Assembly (NCBI GenBank): GCA_000708835.1
Contig: DF237277.1
Span: forward strand, 1 to 64,000
DNA length: 64,000 nt
Source of the DNA: Klebsormidium nitens
Lineage: Eukaryota > Plantae > Klebsormidiophyceae
Reading direction: 5' to 3'
The notes beneath the pieces were generated by a model. The model did no database searches and was not told the origin of the DNA. It saw nothing but the letters and a program-made list of their open reading frames with translations. A program made the position numbers and the translations under genes. This document shows positions 1 to 12,778 of the stretch, in pieces. Position 1 is the first letter of the stretch; each line of letters opens with the position of its first letter.

Positions 1-528
1 GATTTGTCTTTGTTTGTCTTCGTACAGCTTTGTTAGGGTCGTGCGCACCATGATGATCATTTGACCATTATAGGCGCAGCCACCGTACCTTAGTAGACGT
101 GGATTCTGGACGTCGGACACCTTCTCAAGGAACACGCAAATTCACAATGAATCTGTGTAATACGACCGCGTACCAAGTGAATAGTACAGCCACATGTACG
201 TCGTAAGTGCGAAAGCTATAGGGCTGGCCCTTTCATTCGGCTCTTCAACGGTCATTGAAAGCACATGCGCACATGCAAGCTTGCATGGGCCCCGCTTACA
301 ATCGGCCCATCAATACTACATCAGGCTTGGGAAGGACGTCGAGGACGCTTCACAAAATTCGTCTTTCTTGATGGAAAACTTGAGATGGGACTTAATTTGG
401 CAGAGCGGCAAACCGTTCCATATATATACTAACTCGCAAACAGTGCCAGTACAGTGATGGCCGGGCCCAAGCAAAAGTGTCTATTTATACAGTCCTCGCC
501 AACTGTTCGTTATAGCCGTTGGAGCCGT

Positions 529-2507
529 TTACTTCGCACTTCTTCGAACGAGGGATGCCAGAACGTATGTAAAGCCTGTATCCATGGTCGAAATGAGAAC
601 CAGGAGCACAGCAATTGTTCCCGTGACAAGGCCCATTGTGCTGACCTGGAAACATTGTGAAGACGTGTCATCAAAGATGACTTGTCGTCAAGAATAAACG
701 GTTCTTTTTTCAAACGACTGTTTATATTCTGCAATGCTTCGTGATATCCTCAAAAGATTCAAAACGTATCCTCAAAAGATATCAAAACTTATCCTCAAAC
801 CGGTGCCGCATCTCGATGTACGATTTGAATATGTGATACAAGCTTTTTGAAAGAGAGTGAAGGTGGCCATTGAAAACAAGCAATCATTTTTTAAAACGAC
901 TCGTCTTTGTACAATTCATGCGTCTTTTCGTAATATCCTCGAGGGAAGGATGTTTCAAAACGGTGCAGCTCCCCAAAGTACAATCAAGGAAGTCGTGATT
1001 TTGCATGTTGAGAAGAGAATGGAGCTGATCCGGGCTGAGCGACCTTATCAGTAGAGACTTCGCATGGGTTTGTCAAGAAGTAAGTACAACTTTCAAACTT
1101 GCATGAGGAATTCCAAGACCATGAAAAGCGCCAGGGCTCACTGTCTCCCCAGGACTGGGCCATGAGAGATTGAACAGCTCCCCCGGTTGTTTCACCAAAA
1201 AATGGAAAGTGGCAAAAGTGGCAGTGCGCAGCCAGCCCCAAATGAAGAGCGCTATGCTGCAAAAGCAGACAACAAGCTGTAAGTTCAGGAAGCTTCCAGA
1301 GCTGGTTGAGAACACGTCCTGTCGAGCAGTTCAGTGGCAGCAAAGAGGAGCACACGGTAAGAGTAAACGTTGGCAGTTTCTCAGGTTGGGAGCTGGATTG
1401 CGCTGCTGCGGTGTACATTTAGAGGGGTTCCAAGTGCACATGCTGGTCAGTCTGGAACAAACGTCAATCTGAACAGAAGCCCCTACAGAAACGGTCAATG
1501 AGAAATCCTGCCACACTTTATCGAGCATCTTTCTTATTAAGAGAAGGTCAAGGACAAGGACAAGGACACCAATTTTGTAACAGCGAAGTGAACATGCTAT
1601 CTGCAGACGGAGACTTATTATGCAATGAAGCGCCAGAACTCTCATGATGAGACATCAGAAAGTAGCACGCGCTTAGTATCACATACCTGCAGGTCTCGTA
1701 TACGAATGTCCCCCACCATGTTTGCTTTGCCTGCGCCTTCTCAAACGCTTTCTTCTTGTCTACTTCTGACAGCAGTGTCAGCACCTCGATCCCCACCCCA
1801 GAATGATCCTGCGCAGGCACCTCGACTTTGATGGCCTCATCAGCTAATCCAGATGTCTCAGAAGGACTGACCGGAAATGACGCTCTTGTCCCAGACTTCC
1901 CCAACACTGCTGCAGCTTCCGAGCTGACCTCGCCAGGGACTCTGTTTCCCCCACTGGTGGACGGACCGCTGTCAGGTTCTGAATCAGTGGCCCACGGATC
2001 GCTCCTCACAGAAAAGTCCTTGTCTTTCGACAGCATTGCAGCAAATTCGCCTTTCGACCAGTTTTCAAATTCCAGCTCCACATCGTATGGTTGAGCATCC
2101 CCCCCACTTGTGCTTTCTGTTGAAGCGTTGGTTCCATTTCCTCTTCCTCCCGCCCGCCGTAACGACCTTTGCTTTTGACACCACCGGCTGTTGTGTGCCA
2201 TGTCCGAGGGTTTTCCTGACCACCACCCCTGCCATCGGACATCTGTGCATGACGATTTGTCCGCGAGCTGCTTCCACCGTCTAGCTTGCCCTTGCCATGT
2301 CAGTGCCCTCAAAGAGAATTGTGACCTTCTTCGCATACCCCTCGATACTTGCCACCTTCCCCCACAAACCAGAATCCTTGGCCCGGCCAAGGTGCCGTTC
2401 GTGTGCCCACCGGCATCCCGACCAAACACCAAGCGGTTCGCTTTAGCTTCTTGGAAGCCTTGTTTGGGAAAAGCGAATGCTCTGGTCTGTGCCCAAGCAG
2501 TGCACAT
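529..2507 (-). CDS. SECE2: Plastid preprotein translocase SecE-family subunit (SECE2-like) with long N-terminal extension; 3 exons (2507-1687, 1256-1142, 645-529), ~350 aa
   Basis: Phase-consistent GT-AG joins give ...TWWGTFVYETCSIALFIWGWLRTATFATFHFLVKQPGELFNLSWPSPGET|VSTMGLVTGTIAVLLVLISTMDTGFTYVLASLVRRSAK*. FLVxQPxxLxxxxWPS followed by one TM helix is the SecE signature as I recall it in plant SECE2. The N-terminus is Arg/Ser/Ala-rich like a transit peptide. The start codon is the least certain part. Confidence 0.7.
745..799. repeat. Short tandem repeat, ~22-23 nt unit x2.5 (tatcctcaaaagat...), intronic
   Basis: tatcctcaaa recurs at 745, 767 and 790. Confidence 0.8.
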
Positions 2508-3239
2508 GATTGCAGTACCAATCAAGGTTGCACGAAAGTTTCCTTCGTCGTCTCTGCTCTGCTCTGCTCTTCAAATGCTTCCTGATCAATCCAGCTCATA
2601 TGCAGCTTCAATGGTGGCAAACTTGCCAGTTGCGCTGTTGACGTCAGTGTCAACACTGACAGCTAGTGAAGACTGACCCTGACTCTTGAGTGCCCCTCTA
2701 CCCATTGGCAAGATCTGAGATGGTACGTTTCTTTCGGTTTGCCTGAGGTTGGAGGTTTGGTTTATCCCCAACCCGCTAGTACAGAAAGTCGAAACCCTTT
2801 TGGCCCACGGGCGATAACGGTTCAAGGCCGGCGGACTTGGAGCTGCATGCTCCTAATTATCTTGCCGTTTCTCGAGCAATCGAGCGGTAACGAATCTACA
2901 AGGCATGCTTAACCCGGTTCTCCTCCAATCCTGTTAGAGCCATAGTCACAGGTGGGTCATGACTCATGAACGAGGTTTCTTCCATGGCGAGCTTGCAAGT
3001 TGAAGACGCTGCAAGCTTGCCACCAAATTCCACTTTACTGACTCTTGTTGACAAGCAGCTAGAATTCTCCAAACTCAAATCATCTGGCCGGTGTCCTTGC
3101 AAGCGTAATAGGGAGCTTGAGGGCTAACATGGAGATCAAGCTCCTATCAAGGCCAGAGAAAGATGTCCTCAATCGTTTGTGACAAGGAGAAGCTTGGCAT
3201 GCTGCTTCAGTTAAGACTTCGCGGAGGCTTCAGGCTTTA

Positions 3240-6200
3240 ATGGCGCTGACTCCCAGCCGCCTGCTCTCCATCACTGTTTGCCTCGTATTGTCTGCCTATG
3301 CATTCGTCTGCTACACAACGGTCCAGCTCGTCATCTTCCCTTCGATGGGGCCAGAGCTGACTACTCCATTGGTGCTTCATCTGTCAGCATTCAGTGCGAT
3401 TGCTCTGCTAGGCATTGTGTCCTATGCTGCGGCAGTGATGATAGATCCTGGAAGCGTTCCTCCTGGGTGGATGCCGGATGCGGAGGAGAACAATGACATG
3501 GCAGTCCAGGAGGTGAAGAGTGTGAGTGACAGAAAACCTGGAACTTTGAGCAGCTGCTCACTCAAGCTTACTGACTTTCTTCTGATTTCACCTTGCTGTT
3601 AGCTCTCTGCATAATAGCATCCGGGCAATTGTAGCCTCTTATGTAGTGCATTCGGTTTAGGATGCCTGTCATTTCAACTTTTGTCTGTGACGGGCATCAT
3701 CGATCATTCCAGTGGTTATTGGTGGCATTTGAAGGCTACTGCTTCCCCTCAATTTGGCGGTGACAAGCCCTCACTAGCTTGGCTCAGTGGCTGTCCTCTC
3801 TGACCTCAGAACTAGCTTGTGTTGCCTCCCCGAGCTTGCACCCAGCATATTGGGGCATCATGAAGCCTTCCCAAAGACCCAATCGAAGTCACCCTGGCTG
3901 AGCTAGCACCAGCTTCTCCTCTTCAACTTCTTTTGAGCTATCCAAGAATCTGAAAAACCTTTCTTCCTTGGCTCTCACCAGGATGGGGGGGCGCGCTTCT
4001 GCAGCAAGTGCCAGGCGTACAAGCCCCCCCGCTGCCACCACTGCCGGATATGCAAGGCCTGCGTGCTGCGCATGGACCACCACTGCGTGTGGATTGCCAA
4101 CTGCGTTGGCCAGCACAATTACCACCCCTTCTTCCTTTTTGTGCTCTACTTCCTGGTCGGCTGCGCCTATGCGTTGGTAAGTTTTCGAACCAGTAATCAG
4201 CGACCTCTGCACAAGCTCTGTTTGTTGTTAGTAGCAGCAGTCGAGTCAGCTTTGTCATCAGCTTACTCCGTCTCTTGATGTTTCCACAATCTCAGTAGAT
4301 CAGGAGCCTAGTGAAGCTGATAGTTGCGGTGAAAAAATGAAGAGGAAAGCCGTAAGTTCTTTGATAAGCCAGAAAAGCAGGCGAGAATGCAGGATCAGCA
4401 CTACAGACCAACGAGGTGGATGTGTGCACTGTCTTTCATTGAGCGCCATCTTTGAGCGTGCAGTCCCCTCCACCAAATGGAGTGACCACCAAAAAAGCAG
4501 TCCAAAAAGGAAGCGTATGTGGCACCTTCCTTGGAGCTCTGAAGGCATCCCTTTCACTGTTGCAGTACCTTCTCATCAACCAGCTGTTGCAAGACATTGA
4601 TAGTTTGGAAGATACTGCGAGTGAGGCGCAGGAAAGGGACCGCAGGAGGCTGCCCCACCAGTCATTCGAGATCTCGTGGGACAGCTTATATCGGGTGAGT
4701 CAGAGCACTAGTGGCAAAGCAAGCACTCATTATCTTCCGCTAGGTAGTCCGTCCTCTTCGCATTTGGATCAAACAATGATGCAATCTGGAAAGGCAGCTG
4801 GGCGCTCTCCTGACGTTCATTTGGTGGTCGACTTTTCTCCGCAGTCCGCCCGTTAAAAGGAGAATTGAGTTCGTCCCAACTGAATGTTCTTAAATGCTTT
4901 CGAAGCTCGTCATGAACCTCTTGCGGATCCTTATATGGCTGCCTTACCCGGATGCGGCACCCGCTTGCAGTCCACGTCGTGTCCCTGCTTTGTATCGCAG
5001 AATGCACTGCGAGCTTCGCTTCTGCGCTCGGAAGTACTATTGATGGGAACAGTGCTCACTAGGAGTTTTGAATGTAATCGTTCCCCATGATCTGGCACCT
5101 TATATCGCCCTCGTGCGCAGATCTTTACAGCAATCTTGGTGCTGCCTTTGGCGATCGGGCTGGGGGTGCTCTTCTGCTGGCACGTCTACCTCGTGCTGCA
5201 TAACAAGACCACCATCGAGGTCAGCGGCTAACCCCTGTAGCTAAACCCATTTCTTAGGAATTGTCGTGGACACAGGCATCACGTAGGCAGCACTTTGTTC
5301 CTCTTGTGGTCGTGCCTCGACGCCTGCATTGACCACGTGGGTTTACTGACGTTCCAATGTTAGTCGTAATCAACGAAGCCTTATCGAGTAATGCTTGTAC
5401 AATGAAGAGGTATTGCGGACGCCTCTCGTTCGGATTCTGGAACGCGAGTCCATCGGCCAGACGGCTGCTCGTTTACGTCTGAGTAATACTCTTAAAAACG
5501 AAAAGCAAGATTCGTCGCCTTAGGGAAGCTTTTAGTGATCTTGTCAACCCAATTTTCTCTTGCCAACTCGGGTTTTGTTTAGATTCTTGCTCAAAAGAAG
5601 ATGGAGGGTCGAGGCAGAAAGGGAGAGATGCTCTCATCTGGAGGCTTGTCAACAACTGAGCGAGGCACTTCGCTTCCAGGCTTCGTTGAGCACGTTGGAA
5701 CCATGAGGACCTGAGCGAAAATTTTGCAAGTTCGAATAACAAGTTCTGATTCAATTCTGAATACAGATTCACCTTAACTTGTTTTGAGGCTCTTTTGTCA
5801 CAGGTTGTGCATCCTACGGTTCCTTCATTTTCACTCCTCTGGCGTACACCTTTGCTCTTCACTCCTGTTGTACACCTTTGGAAACGAAGAAACACCTGAA
5901 AGATTGCAGAACTCAGATCCTGTCGACCTCTGGGCCAAATGAAGAAAAAGAGGGCGGTTGCCTTGTTTCTTCCAAGGCCGAGCATGGATTGAATGGGTGC
6001 TCCTTCTTGTCTTGTCGCGGATATGAGCGCTCACTCCTTTGTAGCCTGCAAATTATCTGATACGCACCGGGTGCTGTGGCTAGACCGTTCAGCACGCTCT
6101 TTCTTTGATGCAGTATCATGAAGGAGTAAGGGCGAGGTGGCTCGCGAAGAAAAAAGGACAGCTGTACAAGCATCCGTACGACCTAGGCATCGTGCGGAAT

Positions 6201-6640
6201 CTAATAACGGTGAGCGGGCCCCTGGTAAAGCTTTTCCAAGCTCAGAACCGTGAGACCAAGTCATGTCTGTTGGTTGCTGATTTCCAAGGGCGTTGTTGCT
6301 CGATCAGAGCCGCAAGACGTAAACCAGGCGCACTGTCTTATATCGTCATCTGTACGTTGCCTCGATACCAGAAGCCTACGAAAGTTGTCGAATTTTTCTG
6401 TTGACAATCACTAACGACGGGGTACTCACACCTCCACTGCAGATATTCGGGCCCAATGCAACATCGTGGTTTTGGCCGACCCTGCAAAGCCCAGGGGGGG
6501 ATGGATTGTCGTTTCGAACTTATCTCCATCTGAGTACGGAGACGGACAGGTCAGTAGGTTTAGATGAAGAGGTCCGATTAGAGACAAGGACAGATGATGA
6601 CGACTTCATCTCACTTGGGCATAAGCCCGTAATACATTGA
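3240..6640 (+). CDS. DHHC-type protein S-acyltransferase (palmitoyltransferase); 6 exons (3240-3521, 3982-4176, 4566-4694, 5121-5219, 6114-6209, 6443-6640)
   Basis: Complete DHHC-CRD (RFCSKCQAYKPPRCHHCRICKACVLRMDHHCVWIANCVGQHNY), DPG motif, NKTTIE motif, HPYDLG..NL..IFG C-terminal motif and TM helices. All joins are GT-AG and phase 0. Head-to-head with the SECE2-like gene. Confidence 0.95.
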
Positions 6641-7739
6641 TCAACTGATTCTGCGGAAGAACATTCTTCATGCAGCTAGCTCTTCTTGAAACTACTTGTA
6701 GGAGTCCTGGCTTCGTGCAAGTTTGCTTGCTAAGGTTGAGAACAAAGTGCTCAAACTCTTCCTTTCAGCTCTAGGCCATTGGGGTCGTATGAGATCATTG
6801 CGCATGGTGACGGTGGTAACTGGGAATACAACCCGCGGACAACCGCAAGTGTCTAGCTAGGTTATTTTCTCTGTGAACCATGGGCCGTCTGCTCGATGTG
6901 AAGTGTAAGAACTACTGCATCGCATGATGGTGTACGCATCCTTACGGATCTGGCGCTCTGCCACCAGGCGGCTCGTCACACATGGTGGAATCATGACTTA
7001 GTCGTATCGCGGCCCGGCCCGGCCGCGCAACCATCCAATGTATCCTGTTGCATACATTGAAGTGCCGGCCCGCGCGCGCTGCGTATTGTAAGGTGCTTGA
7101 TGTAAGCGTCGAAGCCTGAAACTTGATGGATTTTAATCGAACGAGACCGCAATGGAAAAAGGCACATGTATGGAGCCAGATGCATTCGTTCAAATCCACT
7201 CGGCGCTTGAGCGCTTGAGCGGAGTCTGGCTCGGACCAATAAAAACTCCGCGATGCACAAGCAACGAAGGTTTTCCGCGACGATTTGCTTGTCGGCCTTC
7301 CGACAATGCTGTTAAATCTCAAAATCGGTATGCATCGTGAATGGCCGCTATCCTAGTCAGATGGTAAGCTATCCCTCCGCAACCGTCTGTATACAGACTG
7401 TGGTTGTTCGTGCAAGGTTCGGCCCGTGAAGGAAACTTGGCCAGTGGCGAATCTGTCGTGGGCCAGCGCTTTGAGCTGCAGGACTCTCGAAATCTCTAAA
7501 AGCTGAACCTTTCCATCAACCTCCAAGAATTGTAAAGTAGGCTTTTGCCTTCATGTAGAGCTTACTCCCGCCTCTGATGAGGCGACAGACATGGTCAGTA
7601 GTGTTCAAATCGCCGAATCCGTTCAAGTCCTTTCTTAGCGATCGTGACTGTTAAAGCTTCGACAACTTTCATTTCAATTGACGTCAAGAATTGCCTGTCC
7701 TTATCCCGGCCGCGATCCTTCGTTTGGCAAAGAACGGCT

Positions 7740-8405
7740 TTACTCTCCGACCCGAAGCTCCGCCGCCATGTCCGCTACAAACGCGTCGACTTTCTTGCGG
7801 CTGACGAGCGGCATCGTGATGACGTGCGAGATCTTTGCTTGGCCGGCGAGGTGCCAGCGCTTCATCAGGGCCTCACTTCGGCGGGGAAAGACGACGATGA
7901 GCGAGTTCTCGTCGCGCCACGCGTCAACTCCCGCCGCGCGCAACCCCTCTGTGGCATATGCCGCCACGCCCAGGGCCCTGCCGCTCACGAATCGCTCCGA
8001 CGCCCCCGACAATGAATAGCGTACCACAGCACTAACTGCGTGAGGCCGTTGCGCGAGCCCGAGAGCGTCGTATCCAAAGCGCCCATGTACTCAACTCTGC
8101 TCCCAATGCCCTCCACGTGGCAGCGCCGCGCGAGGACCATTCCGCAGGGCATCGGCAAGCCGATAAGCTTGTGGCCGCTGACGGATATGCTATCGGTGCC
8201 GTCTAGGAAGCCGAAGGGCTGCGGGTTAGGGGCGAAAGGAAGCACGAAGCCGCTCAGCGCTGCGTCGCAGTGAATGTACGAGCGCCATATGCCTGCCTCG
8301 GAGAGTGCCGCTTTGATGCGCGGCAGGCTGTCGATGGCGCCCGTCATGGTGGAGCCGATGTTCGAGAACACGATGGCCGGGGAGTCGCGGTTAGCGTGCG
8401 ACAGG
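7740..8405 (-). pseudogene. C-terminal half of a group II PLP-dependent decarboxylase, bacterial histidine decarboxylase-like; 5'-truncated, frameshifted near 7965-8005, no introns
   Basis: Motifs: PAIVFSNIGSTMTGAID, IHCDAALSG, SISVSGHK (PLP lysine codon at 8170-8168), LDTTLSGSRNG, LWYAI. In another frame: RALGVAAYA...AWRDENSLIVVFPRRS...WHLA...SHVITMP...VDAFVADM*. Upstream of ~8405 the frame shows no homology and I found no acceptor AG. Confidence 0.85.
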
Positions 8406-9800
8406 GACGGGGTGTCAGAACGTTTTTCCAAAAGCTTTGTCATCGAGTCTTGACATCGGGCGTAACAGCACACTTTCAGCCGTTTGAAAGTGAATTTGGG
8501 TGACGAGTCCGCCGGTACGACGGAGCGGGCAGAACACGTAAGGCGAAGGAAACATGTTTCCCCGGAAACGTCTGTTATGAACCACATAGGTATAATGTGG
8601 TTATGCACCTTCTTCGTAGATCACTATAGCCCCAAACAGTCTGGCAAACTTTGCGCGAGAGTGAAACGGTGGTTGAAAGACAATCCTTTCTAACCAAGTG
8701 GATGATATGGGCCATGAACGATCGTGCCCTCAACCTTCTCAACTAAAACCCTGGAAAGCATTGGTATGACTATACCCAGGCTGGTGCTGCTAGGTCGCGA
8801 AGCTACAGGCTACACTTGTGTTTAGAGTTCGATCCGAGCATGTTTGCCAAGGTTCTCACTCGGCGCGCGCATGCCACCTCAAAGCCTGCCGGGACCCCGC
8901 CAAAGAATGGTTCTTCTAGACACTGAAAAGCCTCAAGCGACAAGCAACACTAAAATAACGTCAAGGGCTGCTCGCGATTCCCAATAGAGGGAGCTTTCTC
9001 CGCTTCTTCAAACGTCTGGATGCCCCTTGCGCTTGGTCGAACTTTCGCGGCATTCAGAGTAGACTTTTGCTTGCAAGCTCAGCTTTGTGAGCCCGAGGCC
9101 AAAACGACGGACAAAGTCATCCACGTGGGCATTGGAGCAGGCTCCTCGAATGCTCGCTCGTTGCAAGGGAAAGTTCTTCCTCCTACAAAACGCCAACGTT
9201 GGAAACGGGTCGACTATACGCACACAAGTAGATTTGCTGGTTTCACTTCTAGGGACGTTGTTGTCTGCACTGAGAGTCGAAGTTGGCGCGCATTGGCCCT
9301 GATGATGCGGTCTTCGAGAGTCGTTCTTCCGAGACTCCAATGTGGTTTGGTCATGCCACCGAGAACTAGCAGCAGTGTTGCCTGATCTGATAAAAAGCAA
9401 CCGCACTCATCACAAGTTGTATGCTGCAGCTGCAATATGGATATATATCCACTCGATGCTCCTCGTCTTCTTATTGCCAAACCTCACGGCAAAGCTCTCA
9501 ATATAGCAAGAACTCATCCGCGTCTCCCTTGAAAGCAAGGCATTAGTAGCTCATGCTCCAATGAGATCGATCCCAGTGAACCAGCATCCCTACGATGCAG
9601 ACCACCGCCAGCAATCTTCTGCTTGATGAAGACACTGATTGTGTCATCCCTTGCCTTCCAAGTTCAAGCGGACAAACAGTGGAAGCACGTATCCGTCGAA
9701 GCTAAGCGTCACTGCTAGTTCTTCTGCCGCCCAGCCGGTCTTCTCTAGCGCAGTTCTAGGAAAGTCCTCCCAACCACAATCGTTTTCACACCGACCTACC

Positions 9801-12778
9801 ATGGCGGCAAGTCTGCTTGGATTCACAGCCATCGGGTCACTGCTGGCCCTTCTCTTGGCTGCGCAAGGGGCCCACGCTGCCGTTGGGAACTACATACCCT
9901 GTGAGTACCTCACTCTAACCTTCCGTGTTTGGGGGTTTTTGTGGGCACTTATTGAGGAGGGCATGAGAGCACTACCGATCGATCTTCACCTGTCAGTTGG
10001 TTAAAGGCAACCAAGACCAGGAACGGCTCAGACCGTCGTGTCTTCCTGTCACAGACTTGCTAATCTGAAGCTGCTTCCGGCTGATACTTATCACATGGAT
10101 TGTTAAGGTTGATAAGTACGTTTTCCAAGTCTTCGGGCCAGATGCTAAGGGGAATCACTCGTCCTTTTTAGCTCCGGAACAAAGCAGCTGATTGCGTTGT
10201 GCGGACTCATTCTTCGACTATGCTAGTATCTGCGCAACAGATCATTATCATAAGTCTTCCTGTCTTCGTGCAAGCTGTTCCCTGGGGCTGTCCGACCGTG
10301 GCTCCGGAGGAGTTTGTCGCGCTCCCCCTGAGCTCTCTCGAGTGCCGATACACTTTGAACGTCAGCGCATCCACGAACGGCAGCTGTTGGTACAACGCTT
10401 CTGGAAGCTATGACCCTTCGCACGTCAGTCCTGCGGTAAATCAGACCTCAATCGGATGCGCCGGTGAGTGTGCCGCTGTTACACGGTTGCTTTGCTGTGC
10501 TTTTTGTCAGATTGGCTTCTTAATGTAAAGCAGGTCTCTTCGTCTGTCCTAGCAGTGTCTTCCGCATCAGGTGATAGTTGCTTACTGTGCAGGCAGTCGT
10601 CGAACGTATTTGACTTCTGCTTTCGTAGACTAAAACACTGCTAGACTTGTATCCAGAATCATGAGAAGCTTGCCTACAGAAGTTTGGTTTCTGGCACTAA
10701 AGGCTCTCGTCTCCTATGCCTGAGGATTGTTCCCAGAACCTTCTTTTCGAATACATCAAGAGCTTCGTTTCCTCATGAAACCCACGTACTTCGTTCAAAA
10801 ATCTGCGGCCGGGATGAATACGCTGACACTCAGAGCAGTCCTGCGCTTTGCGTAACCATCTTTGGTGACGTCAGAACTGGGCACTTGACATCCAAAAAGA
10901 TTCATATAGACTCCCTGACATGTCTCTTTGTTTCTGGTCAATCAACTCGTTCTCAGTCCATTTGAGGATTGCTGCAGGTAGCGTCAATGCGCTTGCCTGC
11001 CCAGCTGCAACCGGGCCGTACTATGCGAATTATCCGCTGATTGTGGCCTTTTTGCCTGTACGGCATCGATCGGAACTGTTCCTACAACCCATTCACTGGG
11101 GCTTGGCTGTCCCTGGAGGTGCAGCCCATCCTGCCGACGTATTACTTTTGTCCAAGTGAGGGATCCCCCTTCCTTCCAAAGCGTGTATTCGCCGACGAGA
11201 TCTTGCTGTAAACCAGGCTACTTGGCTGTTTGATCGAATCAACGTCTTCTTAAGCCTTGCTGACTGCCAATGCTGGAGCTTTATCAGTCAAGACTCTAAA
11301 GGACAGGTGCTGCAGTTGCTGCTTCGCTAACGGCCGTTTTCAAAAGCAAGAGACGACGATGTCGTTCTTTGTAATGTGCTTCTGTCAAGGTGACGGCCTT
11401 TGGGGCGATCCGGTCTGCAGAAGTCTAGTCGTACTTTTGATGCGTTTGGCCACTGGGCTTGCTTTGATCCAACTAGGCCTTATTTTACCGCCCGCCTTGG
11501 TTTCTGCATCAAATCCAGACACTATTGGAGACGTCACACTGGCCAAATCTGCAAAGCCTAACACCCATCCGGAAACACTTTTTGGCGCGTGACCCATCCT
11601 CTTCGCTCGATCCAACAATTTGGCCGTCTGTCAATCGTGACCAGGAACCGTAGGCTCTCCCGCACATACTGAATGAATATTGTTTTCTGCAGACCAACTG
11701 ACACCGGTACGCCAAGCCCCTTTGACACCCGCTCCGGTGCCACCGATCCTCCTCGCAACCCCGCCTCCTCTCCCGACCACTCCGCCTCCTCTAGTTACTA
11801 CCCCGCCTCCTCTCGTTACCACCCCGCCTCCTCTAGTTACTACCCCGCCTCCTCTTCTCACTACCCCGCCTCCTCTCCCTCCTCTCACAACCCTGCCTCC
11901 TTTTGCTACTACCCTGCCTCCTATCCCTGGCGCAGGGAAACGTGAGAGTCAAAGGCGTCTTTCAAAGTTTTTTAATGGCCCCAATAAGACTCCGTTTACG
12001 TCTGGCTCTGCGCTTCAATCATCGTTGAGAAGAAACGTGTCTTATCCAAGAAACTGTTCTTCGTAGCTCGTCTGGAGAGATGCTTCTAGTTGAAATGGCG
12101 TTACTGTTCGTCATCACACATATGTAATCAAGGTGTTAAAATCGAACGGCTTCCGAAATTGTTTTGCTCTCCTTGGGTACCGTCAACCGTCGAGACTGGC
12201 TTCTTGGACTTCGCTAAGGTTTCGAATTGATCTGAGAGGCATTATAGGATGCAGGAAGGGACGGAGAAATTCTCGGTCGTTAGACCATGGATGCTTGTGG
12301 GCTGCTTAAGTAGTCGTTTCCTCTTCAGACTTGGGTATTAATTGAGCAGCCTTTGAAGCAACGTAAAATCTCGGTTACATGTCCAATAACCCAGGACTCT
12401 GAGTCCAATCTAATCAGCCTGGTTGTTGACAGCCAAATCTGGTGTGATTTTGCAGTCACGGCCTGCGTGATCATGGGTTCCGCAATTTCCGGTAACTCCA
12501 GCGCGCAGTGCGCCAACATCCCGACGCCGTTCGGCCCCGGCAAAACAAACTGCGTGTGTAACCGGCACGTCGGAGGCGGCACCTCCAGCCCGGCGTCTGT
12601 CTGCCAGGCGAATAACGTCCAGTGCGCGGCTTGCACCCAGGGCTGCAATTCCGACTCTATTTGCCGCGTCGCGTACAGCTGCGCGGCCGGCTGCGGCGGT
12701 GACATTCGTAATCGCCCGGAGGGGTTTAGGGGGGTTTGCCTGCCCAACTGCGGGGTCGCGCCAGTAAACGGCTGCTAG
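9801..12778 (+). CDS. Secreted Cys-rich modular protein A: signal peptide, two 4-Cys modules, Pro/Thr stalk, 14-Cys C-terminal domain; exons 9801-9900, 10275-10463, 10978-11155, 11693-11941, 12456-12778; +1 frameshift in exon 3 (possible pseudogene or sequence error)
   Basis: Hydrophobic signal peptide MAASLLGFTAIGSLLALLLAAQGAHA. Exon-by-exon similarity to the paralog at 14905-17044. All introns are phase 1. Exon 3 is 178 nt versus 177 nt in the paralog. Confidence 0.8.
11757..11885 (+). repeat. 21-nt coding tandem repeat encoding (TTPPPLV)n, an extensin/mucin-like stalk
   Basis: actaccccgcctcctct(a/c)gtt units; translation ATPPPLPTTPPPLVTTPPPLVTTPPPLVTTPPPLLTTPPPLPP. Confidence 0.9.

Noticed and set aside
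7740-8608. Intact plant serine decarboxylase gene using the 207-aa ORF
   Set aside because: The first ~70 codons are non-homologous, the N-terminal half is missing, the frame is broken, and the motifs are bacterial HDC-like.
11631-11888. Gly/Arg/Val-rich minus-strand ORF (RGGGVVT)n
   Set aside because: It is the antisense of the (TTPPPLV)n stalk exon.
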